Positions 11,973-25,311 of a DNA stretch of 64,000 bases are shown piece after piece. Under the pieces are notes generated by a model. The model saw only the letters and a list, made by a program, of their open reading frames with translations, made no database searches and was not told the DNA's origin. This DNA is from Lama glama (taxonomy: Eukaryota), in NCBI GenBank assembly GCA_028534125.1, contig CM052816.1, forward strand, positions 91,824,001 to 91,888,000, written 5' to 3'. The translations under genes were made by a program, and so were the position numbers. Numbering within the stretch: position 1 is the first letter of the stretch; every line of letters starts with the position of its first letter.

Positions 11973-13814
11973 GTGAAATTACACACGCCTTATACATCCA
12001 GCAAAACCCCTCAAGCATAAACACGGTTGGCAATGCTGCTCTCTATCCAACTGCTACATGAAAGTTTGTTTATTTGATCAATGGCCAAAACCCCCATTAG
12101 GGGTTGTTAGCATATTCAAAGTGTGCCTGTTGGATTTGGTAAAATAAAATTTTATTCTTTACTGAATTTCTTTCCAAGTGGGCTAAAGGTCCAAATGAGG
12201 GCAACTAAATTAACAATTAGGTATCAAATATACAAACACCAAAGCAAGCGAAGACTAATAACACACTGAGGTGGGTAAGTGTTGTCAGTAACAGGTGAAC
12301 ACACACACGTCTAATCCTGAACCACAGTATGGACAAGTTAGCGGGTCGATCGTTTGTTATTGGGGAATGCTGTTAACCCAGGAACATCAGCAAAAAAGTT
12401 TGATTCCAATCACACATTCCTTCAGGCTCTCTGTTAGAGGGTGCCAGGTTTTCCCAATGTCTGAAGAAAAGAAGAATATTCATTAAATGGGGATCCTATT
12501 AGAGGGGGATTTTAAGTCTATTTTAATTTTAAAATGCCGTATATAAAACTACAAAACTAAGTTGCTTCTCTCTTCTTGCTCCCAGGGCCCAGGCTGATGT
12601 TGCAAAAGCAGATATTTAAAACAAAGCAGATATTCCATTGCTATTTATTGATAATATGGAGGAAGGTAAAGGGAGAAATAGGAAAGATCAATCAATAAGT
12701 GATCAAAAGATGAATCAACGGGGTCCTATGATTTCTAACATTCTTGAGATTCCAAGAAATCAGTTGCAAAACTGACTGCCTTTATCAATTCCAGATTATG
12801 TGCATTTGAATTCATTCCTGCGGATTTCAGCCGCAGACTTCTGATATGAAATCCACAAGGAAGCACGTGAACCCATGTGGGGCCTCGGCCCCTTGCTTCC
12901 TGTTTCTCTGGGGTACCTTGTTTCCGAGTGACTGTTGGTGCACCATGAGAGCTTGATTTAATATTAAATGTCCACACCAAAGGAAAGAGAATTTCTTCTT
13001 CAATATCTCAGAATTAGATCAAGGGAGCAGCAGGTCATGTTTGTGTGTTGAATTCACTGTTATTTTCCTGATTGTTGTCTTGAGATAGTTTATCTTCTTT
13101 GATCCACAGTTCAAATGTCTGCATATACAGAATAATAATAATAGTTATCTCAAAGAATGATCTGGCTTAATCCCTGGCCCAGGTGCACATTAGTTTCTGG
13201 AAAGAAACTGAACACATATTGTGAAAGCTTATTAGCTCTTTCAGGCCAACAGGGAGCGATTCAATAGAGGAGTTCCCCAGCATGGAAGATGCTGAAGTAG
13301 AGAGAAAAGCAGAGTGAAATGAGGAGGAATCAAATCCAAGCCCCTGCTGTCCTTGACTGTGAGTGAAAAACAGTAGATTGTGTCAGCAGCTTTGCTTCGA
13401 CTTTTTGTGCGCTCCTGGCGAAGACTGGAAGTACAGCCTAAGGGGTCAAGAGGAAGAAAGCAAAGGGAAGAGAGAACTCTCAGACTCATGTTTTGTTTTT
13501 CCTTTCAAGCTATTGAATATCCTAACTGGAACTTCCTCTACCTCAGTTTCCCAAAGCACCTAATAAATGGACACCAGGCCACTAAGCAGAATGCACAGCT
13601 GGGAAGCGGGGGTGGTCCAGGACAGAGACAGGGAACCAGCTATGTTAACGGAGCACCGACTTCACGCTGAGGTGGCGTGCTGGGCCCTTCTCCTGAGAGG
13701 CCGCGGTTCTCACAGGTTTATGCCCAGCCTGAGAAAAGTCAAGGACACTTTTTAGTATTTGCTTCATGGCTAAGAGAGGCCAGATCTGGTTCGGGTGTCT
13801 GGCCTTTTTTCCAT

Positions 13815-14273
13815 TACTTTAAATTTAGACATATAACATAAAATTTGCCATTTTAACTATTTTTCACATGTACAATTGAGTGGCATCCATGCCATTCACA
13901 ATGTTGTACAACCATCACTGCAGTTTCCAAAACTGTTTCATTACCTGACACAGAAATTCTGTACCATTATGCAATATCTCCCCATCCCCCCACCCCAGCC
14001 CCTGATAACCTCTAATCTGCTTTCCGTCTGGATGAATTAGCTTATTCTAGATATTTCATATACGTAGAATCATGTAAAATTCATCCTTTCATGTCTGGCT
14101 TTTTTCACTTACAATGTTTTTAAGTTTCATCCAGGTTGTAGCCTGTATTAGTACTTCATTCTGTTTTATTGCTGAATAATATTCCATCGTGTGTAGGTAC
14201 CATATTTGGGGGCATACCGATGGGCACTTGGGGTGTTTCCATCTTGTGTCTACTGTAGATAACACTGCTGTGA
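13815..14273 (-). mobile_element. Ancient L1 3' end (L1MB-like)
   Basis: aacataaaatttgccattttaac...cacaatgttgtacaaccatcac...ccccagcccctgataacctctaatctgctttc...tattgctgaataatattccat. Confidence 0.85.
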
Positions 14274-15094
14274 CAGGATGCTGGCTTTGGCTGCTTGTGA
14301 TTTTTAACCTTGAAACTTCGAGTGCTTGTCATTTCCAGTCAAGATCAGATCCCTAGCGCCACGGTTGGAGCAGGTGAGTACAGGACAGAGTTCTTCCAGA
14401 GAGAACCAGAGGCAATGCCACTGAGAGTCAGCAGCTCCTCCAGAGACATTTCCTCACAATCCCACTGCAGCTTCGGGGTGGGCTGCCAACACCCCCATCC
14501 CAGATGCTGAAGGGGCAGCACAGGGCTCTGGGAATCCAAACACACACCTGCTGCCAAGCTCGGCTCTTCGGAAGCCTACAGGGCTGTGACTGGAGCTGGA
14601 CACCCAGAGGATGCTTCCCTGGACATTCCCTTTCTCCCCTCCATGAAGATGGTCCATGTTCTCTCTAAGAAGGGCAAGAGCTTCAGCCTCAAGGAAGACG
14701 GCGCAGGAGGGGGTGTTCCCGCTCCAACACCACACAAGCAAAACCGTGAAATACCAGCGCAGCTTAACTGCGCACACAGGACCCTGCAAGGGAGCCAACC
14801 ACTTACATGGTTTCAGCTTACAAACCAAAGGCTAAAGAAAGAATTGAATAGAAATGATTTAAGTTGATCAGCGGTCATTCCACATCAGAGTGTCACTCTC
14901 TTTACCTTGATGAACAAAGACGGCATTAAACAAAAATCTCAATTAAAGCCCATCTTATCTACATGACTCTTGGAGGCTGTGATGACTAAAAAGAAAAAGA
15001 AGGAAGGCACATGATCTCAACACAGCCCTCTTAAACAAATCCACCTAAGGTGGCAGGAGGTCTGCAAGTGGGACTAAAGCAGGAGATGCTGCCC

Positions 15095-15320
15095 TGGAGG
15101 GCGTGGAGCCAAAGGCAGACTGCTTGGACCCACATCTTGGCTGGCTGAGATGAAGGAATTTCCATACTTTCTGAGAATCTCAGTTTCTCCATCTGTAAAA
15201 CGTGTCAGTAAATATACATTTTACAGCAAGAATAAAATGAGGTAAATAAGTCAGTTGCTTATTATGTAAGTTGTTCACTGGGCAAATACATATAATAGAT
15301 ACATAACAGACGTTAGCTAT
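15095..15320 (+). mobile_element. MIR SINE remnant
   Basis: tggagccaaaggcagactgcttgg...ctcagtttctccatctgtaaaa. Confidence 0.6.
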
Positions 15321-15943
15321 TAACTCTCCTCCCTATTTTTATTCTTCATCAATAATTCAATTTAATTCAACAACTACTTGCTAAACCTACTGCATGTGAA
15401 GGATTGTAGTTAGCACTAGGAAAAACAAGACACAATCTGTATCACACACAAATAGAACTGAACATAAATGCAGTATGTTTTTAAGTTTTTAAATAGGACC
15501 ATTAAGTGATGTTCCCAAATACTGATTCACAAAACCTCATTGCTCTTCAGTGTGACTGCTTTTTTTTAATAATGACACTAAAAATATGTAGGTTGATTGC
15601 AAACAATCATGTCTCTGTTCTCAACTGGACCCTCACCCTATGAGGGGAGATTCCACACCTATTCCATCCATTGCTCTCCCCTCCAAAGCAAGCACTGTGC
15701 TGGGCATATTATGGGCACTCAGTACATGTGTGTTGAGTGGGTTATAAACTGGTAGTTTATTCCTAATAGAATAGCCCTGTTCCCATAATGTTTCCTAAAA
15801 AGCACTACCCCATCCTTACGGCACCACTTAAATCTGGGTTACCCCAAAAGAGAGTCTTTACATACTGGTTATGTGTTGAGCTTGCAAAGCAGAACTTACA
15901 AAATTCATACAGCTTCCCGGTGGTGCCCTACTACACAGTTCTC

Positions 15944-16381
15944 TGCATTCGTTTCCTGGGGCTGCTGTAACAGATGACCACTAACTAGATGGCTTAAAAT
16001 AATTGTCTCACAGGCTTGGTAGCTACAAGTCTGAAATCAAGGTGCGAGCAGGGCCCTGCTGCCTCTAAGGGCTCCAGGGAGAACCTGTTCCATAACTCTC
16101 TCCTGGCTTCGGGCAGTTGCCAGCAAGCCTTGGCATTCCTTGGTTTGTGGGAGCATCCCTCCAGTCTCTGCTGGCCATCACATGGCCGGCTTCCCTCTGT
16201 ATGCCTCTGTACCCCTTCCTACAAGGATGCCAGCCTTTTTGAATTAAGGGCCCACTCTAGTCCAGGGTGCCCTCATCTTAATTACATCTGCAGCAACCCT
16301 ATTTCCAAACAAGGTCACGTTCTGACATTTCAGGAAGGGCATGAATTGGAAAGGATGGGGGAGGACACTGTTCAACCCAGT
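15944..16381 (-). mobile_element. MaLR LTR (MLT1B/C-like)
   Basis: tttcctggggctgctgtaacagatgaccac...aagtctgaaatcaaggtg...ctcatcttaattacatctgcagcaaccctatttccaaacaaggtcac...ggacactgttcaaccca. Confidence 0.85.
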
Positions 16382-18529
16382 GGATTCTCCAACACCGTCT
16401 TCTGCAGAATCAAACAGAAAGCAGAAAATCCTACCCTGAGTCTATCACAGGAGCATCTACTCAAGTCTCCTCGCATGGCAGCATTATTAGGAGGGAAAAG
16501 AAAGATCAGCCGGAAGATTTAATGCATCATGGATGCAAAAGTCCTAAAAGAGTCTTCCAGCACGTGAAAAAGCAAGCCGTCGGCACACCATCATGGGTGG
16601 TATTACGCTGAAAAGGCCAGGTAACATTTCACTAGACGCACCAAGGCGGAGCCTGCTCCCGGAGGCTCACACCCACTTAAGGGCCTTCCGGCAATTCTGT
16701 AAGACTTAACCCAGATGTCAGCTGACACCAGGACAGAGGCTGCTCTGCTGCGGACAGATGGTGCTTCACAGCTGGGTTCTGAGCAGAGTAACGGGAGGTT
16801 CAGACCATGGATGGGCTACAGGATCAGTGCATCAGCACGAAAATTCTCATTGTACTTTAAGTCATTCAAAAGACAGTTTTATGCTCATAACAATATCACT
16901 TCAATTTGCAGCAGTGATTTTCCTCCAAAGTTCCAAAGGGCTGCGGTGGCCCAAGACCACACCTTGCTTAATCCAGACAGACAGGGAAGGACAAGAGTTC
17001 TTTCTGAAGTTCAAGGCGGTTCCAGCAGGATCCGAGGGCAAGTTCAAAGCCACTTGCTCACTGCTGGCATCAAGAGCTTTTGATGTCAATAAAGTCACAA
17101 CTGCCTCTTCCGATTCACTCACTCATTCATCCAACACCCCATGTGCCAGACACCATGTTCGACACAGTTCCGTGAACAAGCCATCTTGGTGATAGAGGTT
17201 ACTTTACCGCAGGATCCTGAGGGTAGGGAAAGAGTGTAGAATTCACCAACTTCACCTTTCAACACTGAGTGTCATGAAGGGACAGGCAGCAACATTTTGT
17301 GGCTTCAAACCTAGTCTATGTCTGACAGTTACAGATCTTTGTATCCTACAGCCAATCACTGACCTCAAGGATTTTATACAAAGTATGTTTATCAGTGACA
17401 ACCTATCCAAATAAGTGGAAAGTCTGAATACTAAATTCTTAAAAAGTATTGACGCTCCTTTTTGTATATACAAGCAATAAGTCGACCAACAGTGAAAGGG
17501 AAAAAAAAGGCCATGTCTTTCAGATCTTAAATCTTATTAACACAAGACAATCTTAGAATCTTACTATGTTTCCCATCCCACATGGCCCATTTAAGAAGGA
17601 GTCGCGGGCAAAATGCTATTGTCAAAATTCTGCATAAGGGAACTACAAAAGATCCAAACCAGCCCTGCTTGGCAAAGATTACAACAAACAAGCTTCTTAT
17701 CACAGAGAAGACACAGGCACTAAATACTGTTAAGAAAGCACTTAAGAAACCAGAATTCATAGCTTGGATCCACATTTTCTTCCTGACCAGCTGAGAAGCC
17801 CTGAGGAAGCTACTCAAGACTTTTCAGCAACAATCAATGCTGGCACCTGACTGGGGAGAAAGACCTTGGAGGAGGTCATCTTCAAGATCCCTTTCCACTC
17901 ATAGATTCTTTACTCCTCCTTGACTCAAAAAGTTATCAACCCGCTAGCAATACTACAACCTGCTTTACAACCACAAACCAAGATCCTAAGAGTTAAAGGT
18001 TAAGTGGACGAGATGGAGTTGTTAACTAATTTCCTCCTTCCTCTACTGAACAGAAGTTAAACGTATATAAATAAATGCCTGGCATTAATGAAATACATGT
18101 ATACATACACAAATGTATATGCATGTACACACATATCTGCATCACCAAATCACAGCTGGATTATTTTACTGCACAGCTGACACAGCTGTGTCTCCTCTGT
18201 GGCGTATGACCTCTGACCTTGCCTGTCCGATGTGATCTTAGTCCCCCCCCAAATGAAAGACCCAATTTTATTACCTGCCATGCTCCCTAACAGTATCACT
18301 ATTCTCCTCCTTTATCTCTTCCACTCTCCTTGGGTTGGGAGGAGGTCTCCTTGGAACAACAGTGGGAAGCCACAATTCTGTTTCATAGGAGTAGAGGTAA
18401 TCATCCCTGCCAACAGGCATCTCTGAGCACAAAGCAACTGAGAAAACATGAATGGCAGCAACAGAGGACCTCATAGAGAGCCGCAGTCCTCCTAAACCAG
18501 AACTCAAAGGAAGGAGAGACTAAAGCAGT

Positions 18530-18950
18530 GCGCTGAGCGCAGTGATTGTCCTGTCCATCCCATCCCCCTGACTTTGTGTGGCTCTCTCATGGTTGGGTGA
18601 CAGCGAATTCACCTCCAGCTCCAGCAGAGAGTGCTGCCCGTCCTAAGCCTCTCAACACGAGCCCATCCTCACTGCCCCGTGACTGACCAGGCAGAAGAGA
18701 GAGGCAGTTAAATGGCCAAAGTTGTTCGATGGTAGGGAAAAGACGCTCTCTCACTGTCTCTGGATAATACCCTGGAAGTTGTTAGCAGCCACACTGTATA
18801 AAAAGGAGAGTCCACCCTACCATGAAGACGCACACAGAAAAGCTGAAAGGCAGAAAGAAATCAGGTGAACATCACCAACACATACCCCAGTTCAAACTGG
18901 TCCTGACCCCCACTCTGCTACTGGATTTCTGTTTTGTGAACTAATTAAGG
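18530..18950 (+). mobile_element. Old MaLR LTR remnant (MLT1J/K-like)
   Basis: cacctccagctccagc...gcagccac...ctactggatttctgttttgtgaactaatta; highly diverged. Confidence 0.35.
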
Positions 18951-20040
18951 ACAAAGGAAGAGTTCTGTCCGCTGCTGCTGCACCTGGTGATGAATGTTGC
19001 AGCTGCAGAAACGTATGCTTAACAAAGATACAACTTAGAATTCAAGGAAACAAAATTCGTCCTAAAGGTAAGATACTTTTTCCATGTGAAAGCAGCACTT
19101 TCTTCCTGTAGAGACTGACTCTGTAAAAGGTGAAATAAGTTTAAAGTAATAATTTTAACAGTGATGAATTGCAATGTTTAAAAAAAACACACACAACCAA
19201 GTAAAAATAAGAATCTGTATATACAGCACATGATAAATCTGATAAGGCTCCCAGACTCTGGAAAATAGTTTAATTTGCTCTGGGCAATGAACAGATGACT
19301 TGGTAGGTCTTTCTTCTTTTAAAAACTTTAATTCAGCTTCCACCTATAATCTATGTTGTATTTTTCAAAGCTTTATGCATTAAAAAGAATCGCTCTCCCT
19401 AAATTTTGCATTTACAGCCCTTTTATCATATAAATTGGGGTCATAACCTAACTTAAGGTTTGCAGAGGCCAGTGAAGGGAAAGGTCTGGCTTCCATAAAA
19501 CGAGATACATTAAGCAAAATAAATCTTGCCTGAAACTGGAATAGTTCTTGAATATAGCAACTTAGGAGCTAATCTCTCCTCCCTTTTGAAAATATAATAG
19601 CTTTGCCTTTTAGCCAGAAGAGATCAAATACTCCACCAATAGCTGTTGCTTCTTTCCTCATTCTCACTCTTGATGAACAGATACTTGGTTAATAACTATA
19701 AAATCCCCTAGGATGCTTTTCCCAAACTCTTGTAGCAGAAAGGCATTGCTTCATCCATGAAGGTGGCAGTGACATTCTGACTATCCCATTTTGTCTGAAG
19801 GAAGACCAGGTTACAGGCATCTAACGTTTCAGGCTACGCATCAATGTCTTCCTCAACTCCAGGCCCTCTTCAGTCACCTTCTTGGAAAATTACTATACAC
19901 ATCCCAAAAATCGAGCTGCATTGGATGAATACATTTTGTAGGCTCAGATTCTAGGGTGTGCTTACAATGTATGTCCATAAAGACTTTACTGAAATGCTAT
20001 TTACAGGGCTTTAACTCAAGGAAATAGAAAGTAAAAAAAG

Positions 20041-20653
20041 TTTAGATTCCACATATGAGTGATATCACATCATATTTTCCTATCTCTTTCTGGCTTACTT
20101 CACTTAGAATGATGATCTCTAGGTCCATCCATGTTGCTGCAAATGGCATTATCTTATTCTTTTTTATGACTGAGTAGTATTCCATTGTATAAATATACCA
20201 CATCTTTTTTATCCAGTCATCTGTTGATGGACATTTAGGTTGCTTCCATGTCTTGGCAATTGTAAATAGTGCTGATTTGAATATTGGGGTGCATGTATCT
20301 TTTCCAATTAGAGCTCCCTCCAGATATATGCCCAGGAATGGGACTGGTGGATCAGATGGTAGTCTATTTTTAGTTTTTTGAGGAATCTCCATACTGTTTT
20401 CCATAACAGTTGCACCAAATTGCATTCCCACTAGCAGTATAGGAGGTTTCCCTTTTCTCCACAGCCTCTCCAGCATTTATCATTCATGGAGTTTTGAATG
20501 ATGGCCATTCTGACTGGTATAAGGTGATACCTCATTGTAGTTTTTATTTGCATTTCTTTGCTAATTAGCAATATTGAGCATTTTTTCATGTGCCTATTGG
20601 CCATTTATATGTCTTCATTGGAGAATTGCTTGTTTAGGTCTTCTGCCCATTTT
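20041..20653 (-). mobile_element. Inverted 5' segment of a young L1 (ORF2 C-terminus)
   Basis: ORF 20042-20476 encodes ...LFTIAKTWKQPKCPSTDDWIKKMWYIYTMEYYSVIKKNKIMPFAATWMDLEIIILSEVSQKE, the L1 ORF2 C-terminal region. Confidence 0.93.
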
Positions 20654-20868
20654 GAGATTTGCAAATGTTACCCACTATATATAAAATAGATTTAAAAAAA
20701 ATTTCTTCTGTATAGCACAGGGAACTATATTCAATATCTTGTAATAACCTTTAATGAAAAAGATTATGAAAATGAATATATGTATGTATATGCATGACTG
20801 GGACATTGTGCTGTACACCAGAAACTGATACATTGTAACTAACTGTACTTCAGTGTGTAAAAAAAAAA
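20651..20868 (+). mobile_element. Terminal 3'UTR and poly(A) of the same L1 insertion
   Basis: tttgagatttgc...tatagcacagggaactatattcaatatcttgtaataacc...tgtacttcagtgtgtaaaaaaaaaa; colinear with 3301-3512. Confidence 0.92.
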
Positions 20869-21059
20869 GAAGTAAAAATTTTAGGCATTTGTGATGATGT
20901 TTTGTCTCAATGTGATGCTATCTAGGGAAGTGTTTTCAGATGTATGGTTTGAGACACCCAGAAAAATCTTGCCTGCCTCAAGATTTCTATCTTTTATAAT
21001 AAAGAGATGGAATTAAATATTTTGGCCTATGTGTATTCCCCCTGCCCTTGTCACCCCTC

Positions 21060-21337
21060 CACCCCATCACTCCATCCTTCCCAAATGTCACCAACACTGA
21101 TACATCACCAGATCATGTCACCAGCCCAGTTTAAAACCCCCTAACAGTTTCCTGTTGGGTTCTGGCCTAAGCCAATCTTTCTCTTATGGCCCATATGACT
21201 CAGGGACACAAAGCCACTGCTCTCCTCCTGGAATGCACTCTGAGGGTCCCCAGAAAAGGACTCTGTCTGTCAAGATCACTGCTACCCACAGGACCAGCTG
21301 CTTGTAGACACTCAATAAAGACTTGTTGAATGAACAA
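21060..21337 (+). mobile_element. L2 remnant
   Basis: cagatcatgtcacc...ttaaaacccc... and the L2 terminus gtagacactcaataaagacttgttgaatgaa. Confidence 0.55.
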
Positions 21338-21964
21338 GGTAATAGTTATCAAGTAAACACAGACTTTGCCTGTTTACTTTATTCAAATGACAAAACTTGT
21401 ATCTTCAAATACAGAAAAATAAACAACACAGATCATCAATAGGAGACAATGATTTAGTAAAGAGCCTGAATGCTGAACGCCTAAGAGAAATGCCACTTGT
21501 ATACTTTAAATTCATAGGACAAAGTACTTAAAGTAATTTATTTCCAAGTAGAAATCTGATAGTGGTTAAGAGAAAAGCAGATACAGAAACAGACCAGAAA
21601 ATAAAGTTAGCTAGGAGGAGGAGATGCTTTTTTTTTTTTTGAAAAGTCCCCATTTTATTCTTACTTTCGAAGGCTGGCAAGTGCCTGGAGACCCTGGCAC
21701 TTAAGCTTAACTCCTGAGTCTGTGCTTTGATTTACCACAGTAGTTGCCATCAAAAGAAGGTTTCATATATTTACAATATTTGACAGAAAGGAAACAATGC
21801 TGATTCATTTCAATGTTGTTTGTATAGTGCAATGTTTTTGAGGGCAAGTTGATTATGCTTTTATTTTACCACTTGGACATAGTAATCATTAAATGTGCAC
21901 CAAAATTGCAAGAAGATTGAAATGGACCAGTCCTACACCATTCATGGCATATAAAGGTGCATCA

Positions 21965-22740
21965 GTTAAGTCAGGGTGCTACAGATAGGACAGAAACTCC
22001 AGTGGAGCAGAATGGAGAGCCCAGAGATAAATTCATATGTAAACAGTGAAGACAGAAAGGTAACCCTGAATGACGGTGAAAAGGGAAAAATGAACAACTG
22101 ATAATGGGACAATTAGGTACCTATTATTTTTTTAAAAAATCATATCTTCATCATACTCAAAAATAAAGTATAAAATTCAAAATACACAAATTCAAAAGAA
22201 AACAGAACTAAATATTTATCAAATGTCTAGAAGGCAGAAGTCTATTAACCTAAAACTAACACTAGAAAGTGCCAAGAAAATTATCAAAAGATTCAACCAC
22301 GAAAAAAATCTTAGATTTCTATATAACAAAAATAAACAAATAGCAACAAATGTAATTGATGCCAAACAACCCTTTAAGGAGAAAAAAAAAATCATAAGGA
22401 GCAAATGTCTTTATTGTCCAAAGAACTCACAGGCATCACTTGAAAGACCCTAAGACTAGAATATGAGCCACAATAGGCTATTCACCAAAGAAGAAACACA
22501 AACGCTGTAACAGAACTGGAAACACAGGCTAACTCACTCATAAAGAAAGGCAAAACAAAACAAGAAGATGCCACTTATAATCCACACACTTGCAAAATGG
22601 TTTGTTTTGGTGGGGAAACCCAATGCACGGCTGCAAGAATAAATAGATACAAGCACTTTAAAGTGTCTGGAAACAGGCACATCAAAAGCCTTGATAGGAT
22701 TTACATCCTTTTATCCCAGCAATTCCACTTCTCCTTAAAT
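21965..22740 (+). mobile_element. Ancient L1 (L1M/L1ME) remnant
   Basis: cagtggagcagaatggagagcccagagataaattca...tattcaccaaagaagaaacacaaa...ttttatcccagcaattccacttct; A-rich and decayed. Confidence 0.65.
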
Positions 22741-22840
22741 TAACATAAGCAGTCCGCTGCCTTCTTACCTAATGTATCCTGGAACTTGTCTTTGAAAGTA
22801 AACACATGCAAGTCAAGGAGCAGACCATGTTGTTAGGGGG

Positions 22841-23000
22841 CAGGACTGGCTGTCTGTTTAATCTGTGGGCCCCAGAGCAAAACAAAAATGTGGAGCCCTT
22901 ATTAAGAAACAATTAAGAATTTCAAGAGGGCAACTGCAGAACACTAAACCAAGCATGGGGCCCTTTGGAACACTGGGCAGAAAACTCACAGAACTGGTCC
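22841..23000 (-). mobile_element. hAT MITE, MER45A-like
   Basis: caggactggc...gggccccagagcaaaacaaaaatgtggagccct...attaagaatttcaagagggcaactgcagaacactaaaccaagcatggggccctt. Confidence 0.7.
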
Positions 23001-23859
23001 CGTTAGAGGGAATTCTGTACCCAGACTGCTGGCGGTCGGGGGTAGATCATTCTCTTATTCTGGTCCACGGAAGCACTGCCCTTCTGATCCTGCTTAGTGG
23101 ATGAAAGCCTTGGGATGGAGTAGGAAGAAAGGGTGTCCTCTTCTCGCTGGGGGAGAGAGGGGAGTAAGACCCTGGAGATGACACACTTGAGTAGACACTG
23201 GTACCAAAGCCTGGGCATTTCCTAGGGCAGCCCCCGGCATTCTCATTTCTGCGTGGAACTTAGTCGGCATCTCGAATGGGAGTCTGGTCAATCTGCCTTC
23301 CCCCTGTGCCACAACAGAAGTCAGGTATTCAGCCTCACCAGCTTTGCTCACATCCATCCCAGCCCTCTCCAGCCACAGGACCGGGAGGGATGCCAGGGCA
23401 GCAGAGGGAATGACCTCGCCCCCGGAGCCTGATTTCATGGTGTCTCTGAAACCGAAGAGGGCCATCAGAATGGGATTAGGAAAAAATGAATAATCACTGA
23501 GACAGCTTGTATGTTGTGGAATAAATTCAGCGTACAAAAGATGGATTAGGAATAGCGATATATAGTATGTAAAATTTCGTATCCGAAAGTTGACATCCAT
23601 CTTTATTTTAGTTTGGGAAGAAACATATTTAAAAATACAGGCGTGAAGAATTAGTAACTCCTTCTGTAGACTTAGTTATCTAATTAAAAAAACAAAACAA
23701 GCTCTCTCACCACACGCACATCTTCACACTACACAAAATGAAATGATTTATCTATCCACAAGCACTGGAATTTACTTTAAAATGCATCTGTCTTAGTTAT
23801 TTCAAAAGCAACCCTCAGCCCATATTGGCATGACCATACATCCTGATTTGGCAGGTTTC

Positions 23860-24450
23860 ATGCTGTTGAGACAAGAGCCCCTGTTCTCACAGACAAGTGC
23901 TTCATTCTAATCCCAACTTTGTATCTCAACAAACCACTTAATATCACTGAGCTTCCGCTCTTTCTTCTGTCATGCAAGGTTAGGGCCGAGATGTTCCCCA
24001 AGCTCTCATAGCATCCAGTCCCTACTGAGCATGGTCTGCCATCTGGTTATTCCACCAAATCCTCCTGGCCATCCCATGAGATAGGACCCATGTTACTATC
24101 CCCCTGGTCCACCCAGAGAAAACTAAGGCATGGATTGTGCATCCTTCCCAAGGCTTGTAGGTGAAAGCACCAGGCATCAGAGACCTCCGTCACCACACTA
24201 CATTGTATCCTTAGATATTTATTATAGTCTCTTGGGGATAAGCCCAAATGCTGGGACAGTGCACTTGGATTTGAATTCCTTGTCACTTATCACCTCCTTG
24301 ACTTTGAAATGATACTTAACTCTCTGTCTCAGTTTCCTTATTTATAAAATGGGGTCCCAGAGCGCTGGGTCTTCCGTGAATTAATGCATATAAAGCATCT
24401 AGTTCTACGCTTGGCACAGAGTAAGCGCTCAGTAAATGTGACCAATTAAT
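23860..24450. mobile_element. Cluster of MIR remnants in both orientations
   Basis: ccatgagataggacccatgttactatcccc...gagaaaactaaggca (minus) and tacttaactctctgtctcagtttccttatttataaaatgggg...ttggcacagagtaagcgctcagtaaatg (plus). Confidence 0.65.
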
Positions 24451-25221
24451 ACTGTTCTGAAAGTGTAAATTACTACAATTGTATAACACTTCAAAATCAA
24501 GGTTCTAGATCAGCACTTTGTCCAAGCAATTTATTTGGTAGTAATAATCTGTTTAAAGAATCAGACTAGATCTTTCTTTCTACGTGGTTCTGTTCCTGTA
24601 CTGACGGTTCAGATCTGCCTATAATTAATTCCCCCAACTCACCACGGGCAGCGCTACCTCCTGCCTCGTTCTAACGCTTTTGCTCAGCTGGAACAGCATG
24701 TCTTCCCTTCCTAAATATGACCCTACTCCATGATCAATTCTCCCACAACAGCTTTCTCCAGGTTTCAGGGACCCCTCCCCACTTGGAACGTTGCTACCAG
24801 TTACAGGCATTTGGCACGTAAAATGTAATCATCGCAACTGACTTTTATGGACGTCATGGGAATATATCAATTTGTTTTTATGGGGACTTCCTCACTGCAT
24901 GGGCATCCCTATCTTTCTACCTGCCCTGGGATCACAGCCTCTCCTACCCTGCAGCTGGCAAAAAGACTACACCCTCAGGAGAAAGTTACTGCTTTGGTCT
25001 AGTTTCTAGACAATGCTCTAGGGAATCAGAAATGAAAACAACAAAGTCACAGTGGACTCCTTTTCACATGCAGGTGTATTTTTAACATGTAAAGACTGAC
25101 CAAGATCACGTGCGCAGATCCAGGCAGGAGCGTGACAAAGTTAATGAAGTTAGCGGTGGGGATGGACACGGAGCATGAGGGGAGAGACACAGCATTTCCA
25201 CTGCAATCAAGAACTTTTGTA

Positions 25222-25311
25222 CACTGGAATTTGACACAGCATTGTAAAATGACTATAACTCAATAAAAAAAAGTTCAAAAAATAAAAAATTTAAAAAATT
25301 AAAAAATAATA
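25222..25311 (+). mobile_element. Extremely 5'-truncated young L1 3' end with A-rich tail and 13-bp TSD
   Basis: cactggaatttgacacagcattgtaaaatgactataactcaataaaaaaa plus A-rich tail; flanked by aagaacttttgta (25209-25221) and aagaagttttgta (25312-25324). Confidence 0.85.

Noticed and set aside
16016..16522. 168-aa ORF
   Set aside because: Lies mostly in an antisense MLT1 LTR, starts at TTG and has no recognisable domain.
16715..17192. Overlapping 122-aa and 144-aa ORFs
   Set aside because: No protein family recognised, and no poly(A)/TSD to suggest a processed pseudogene.
20042..20476. 144-aa ORF as a host gene
   Set aside because: It is the C-terminal fragment of L1 ORF2 in a truncated, inverted insertion.
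23094..23600. 168-aa minus-strand ORF
   Set aside because: No recognisable homology or convincing exon structure; ORFs of this length arise by chance in 64 kb.
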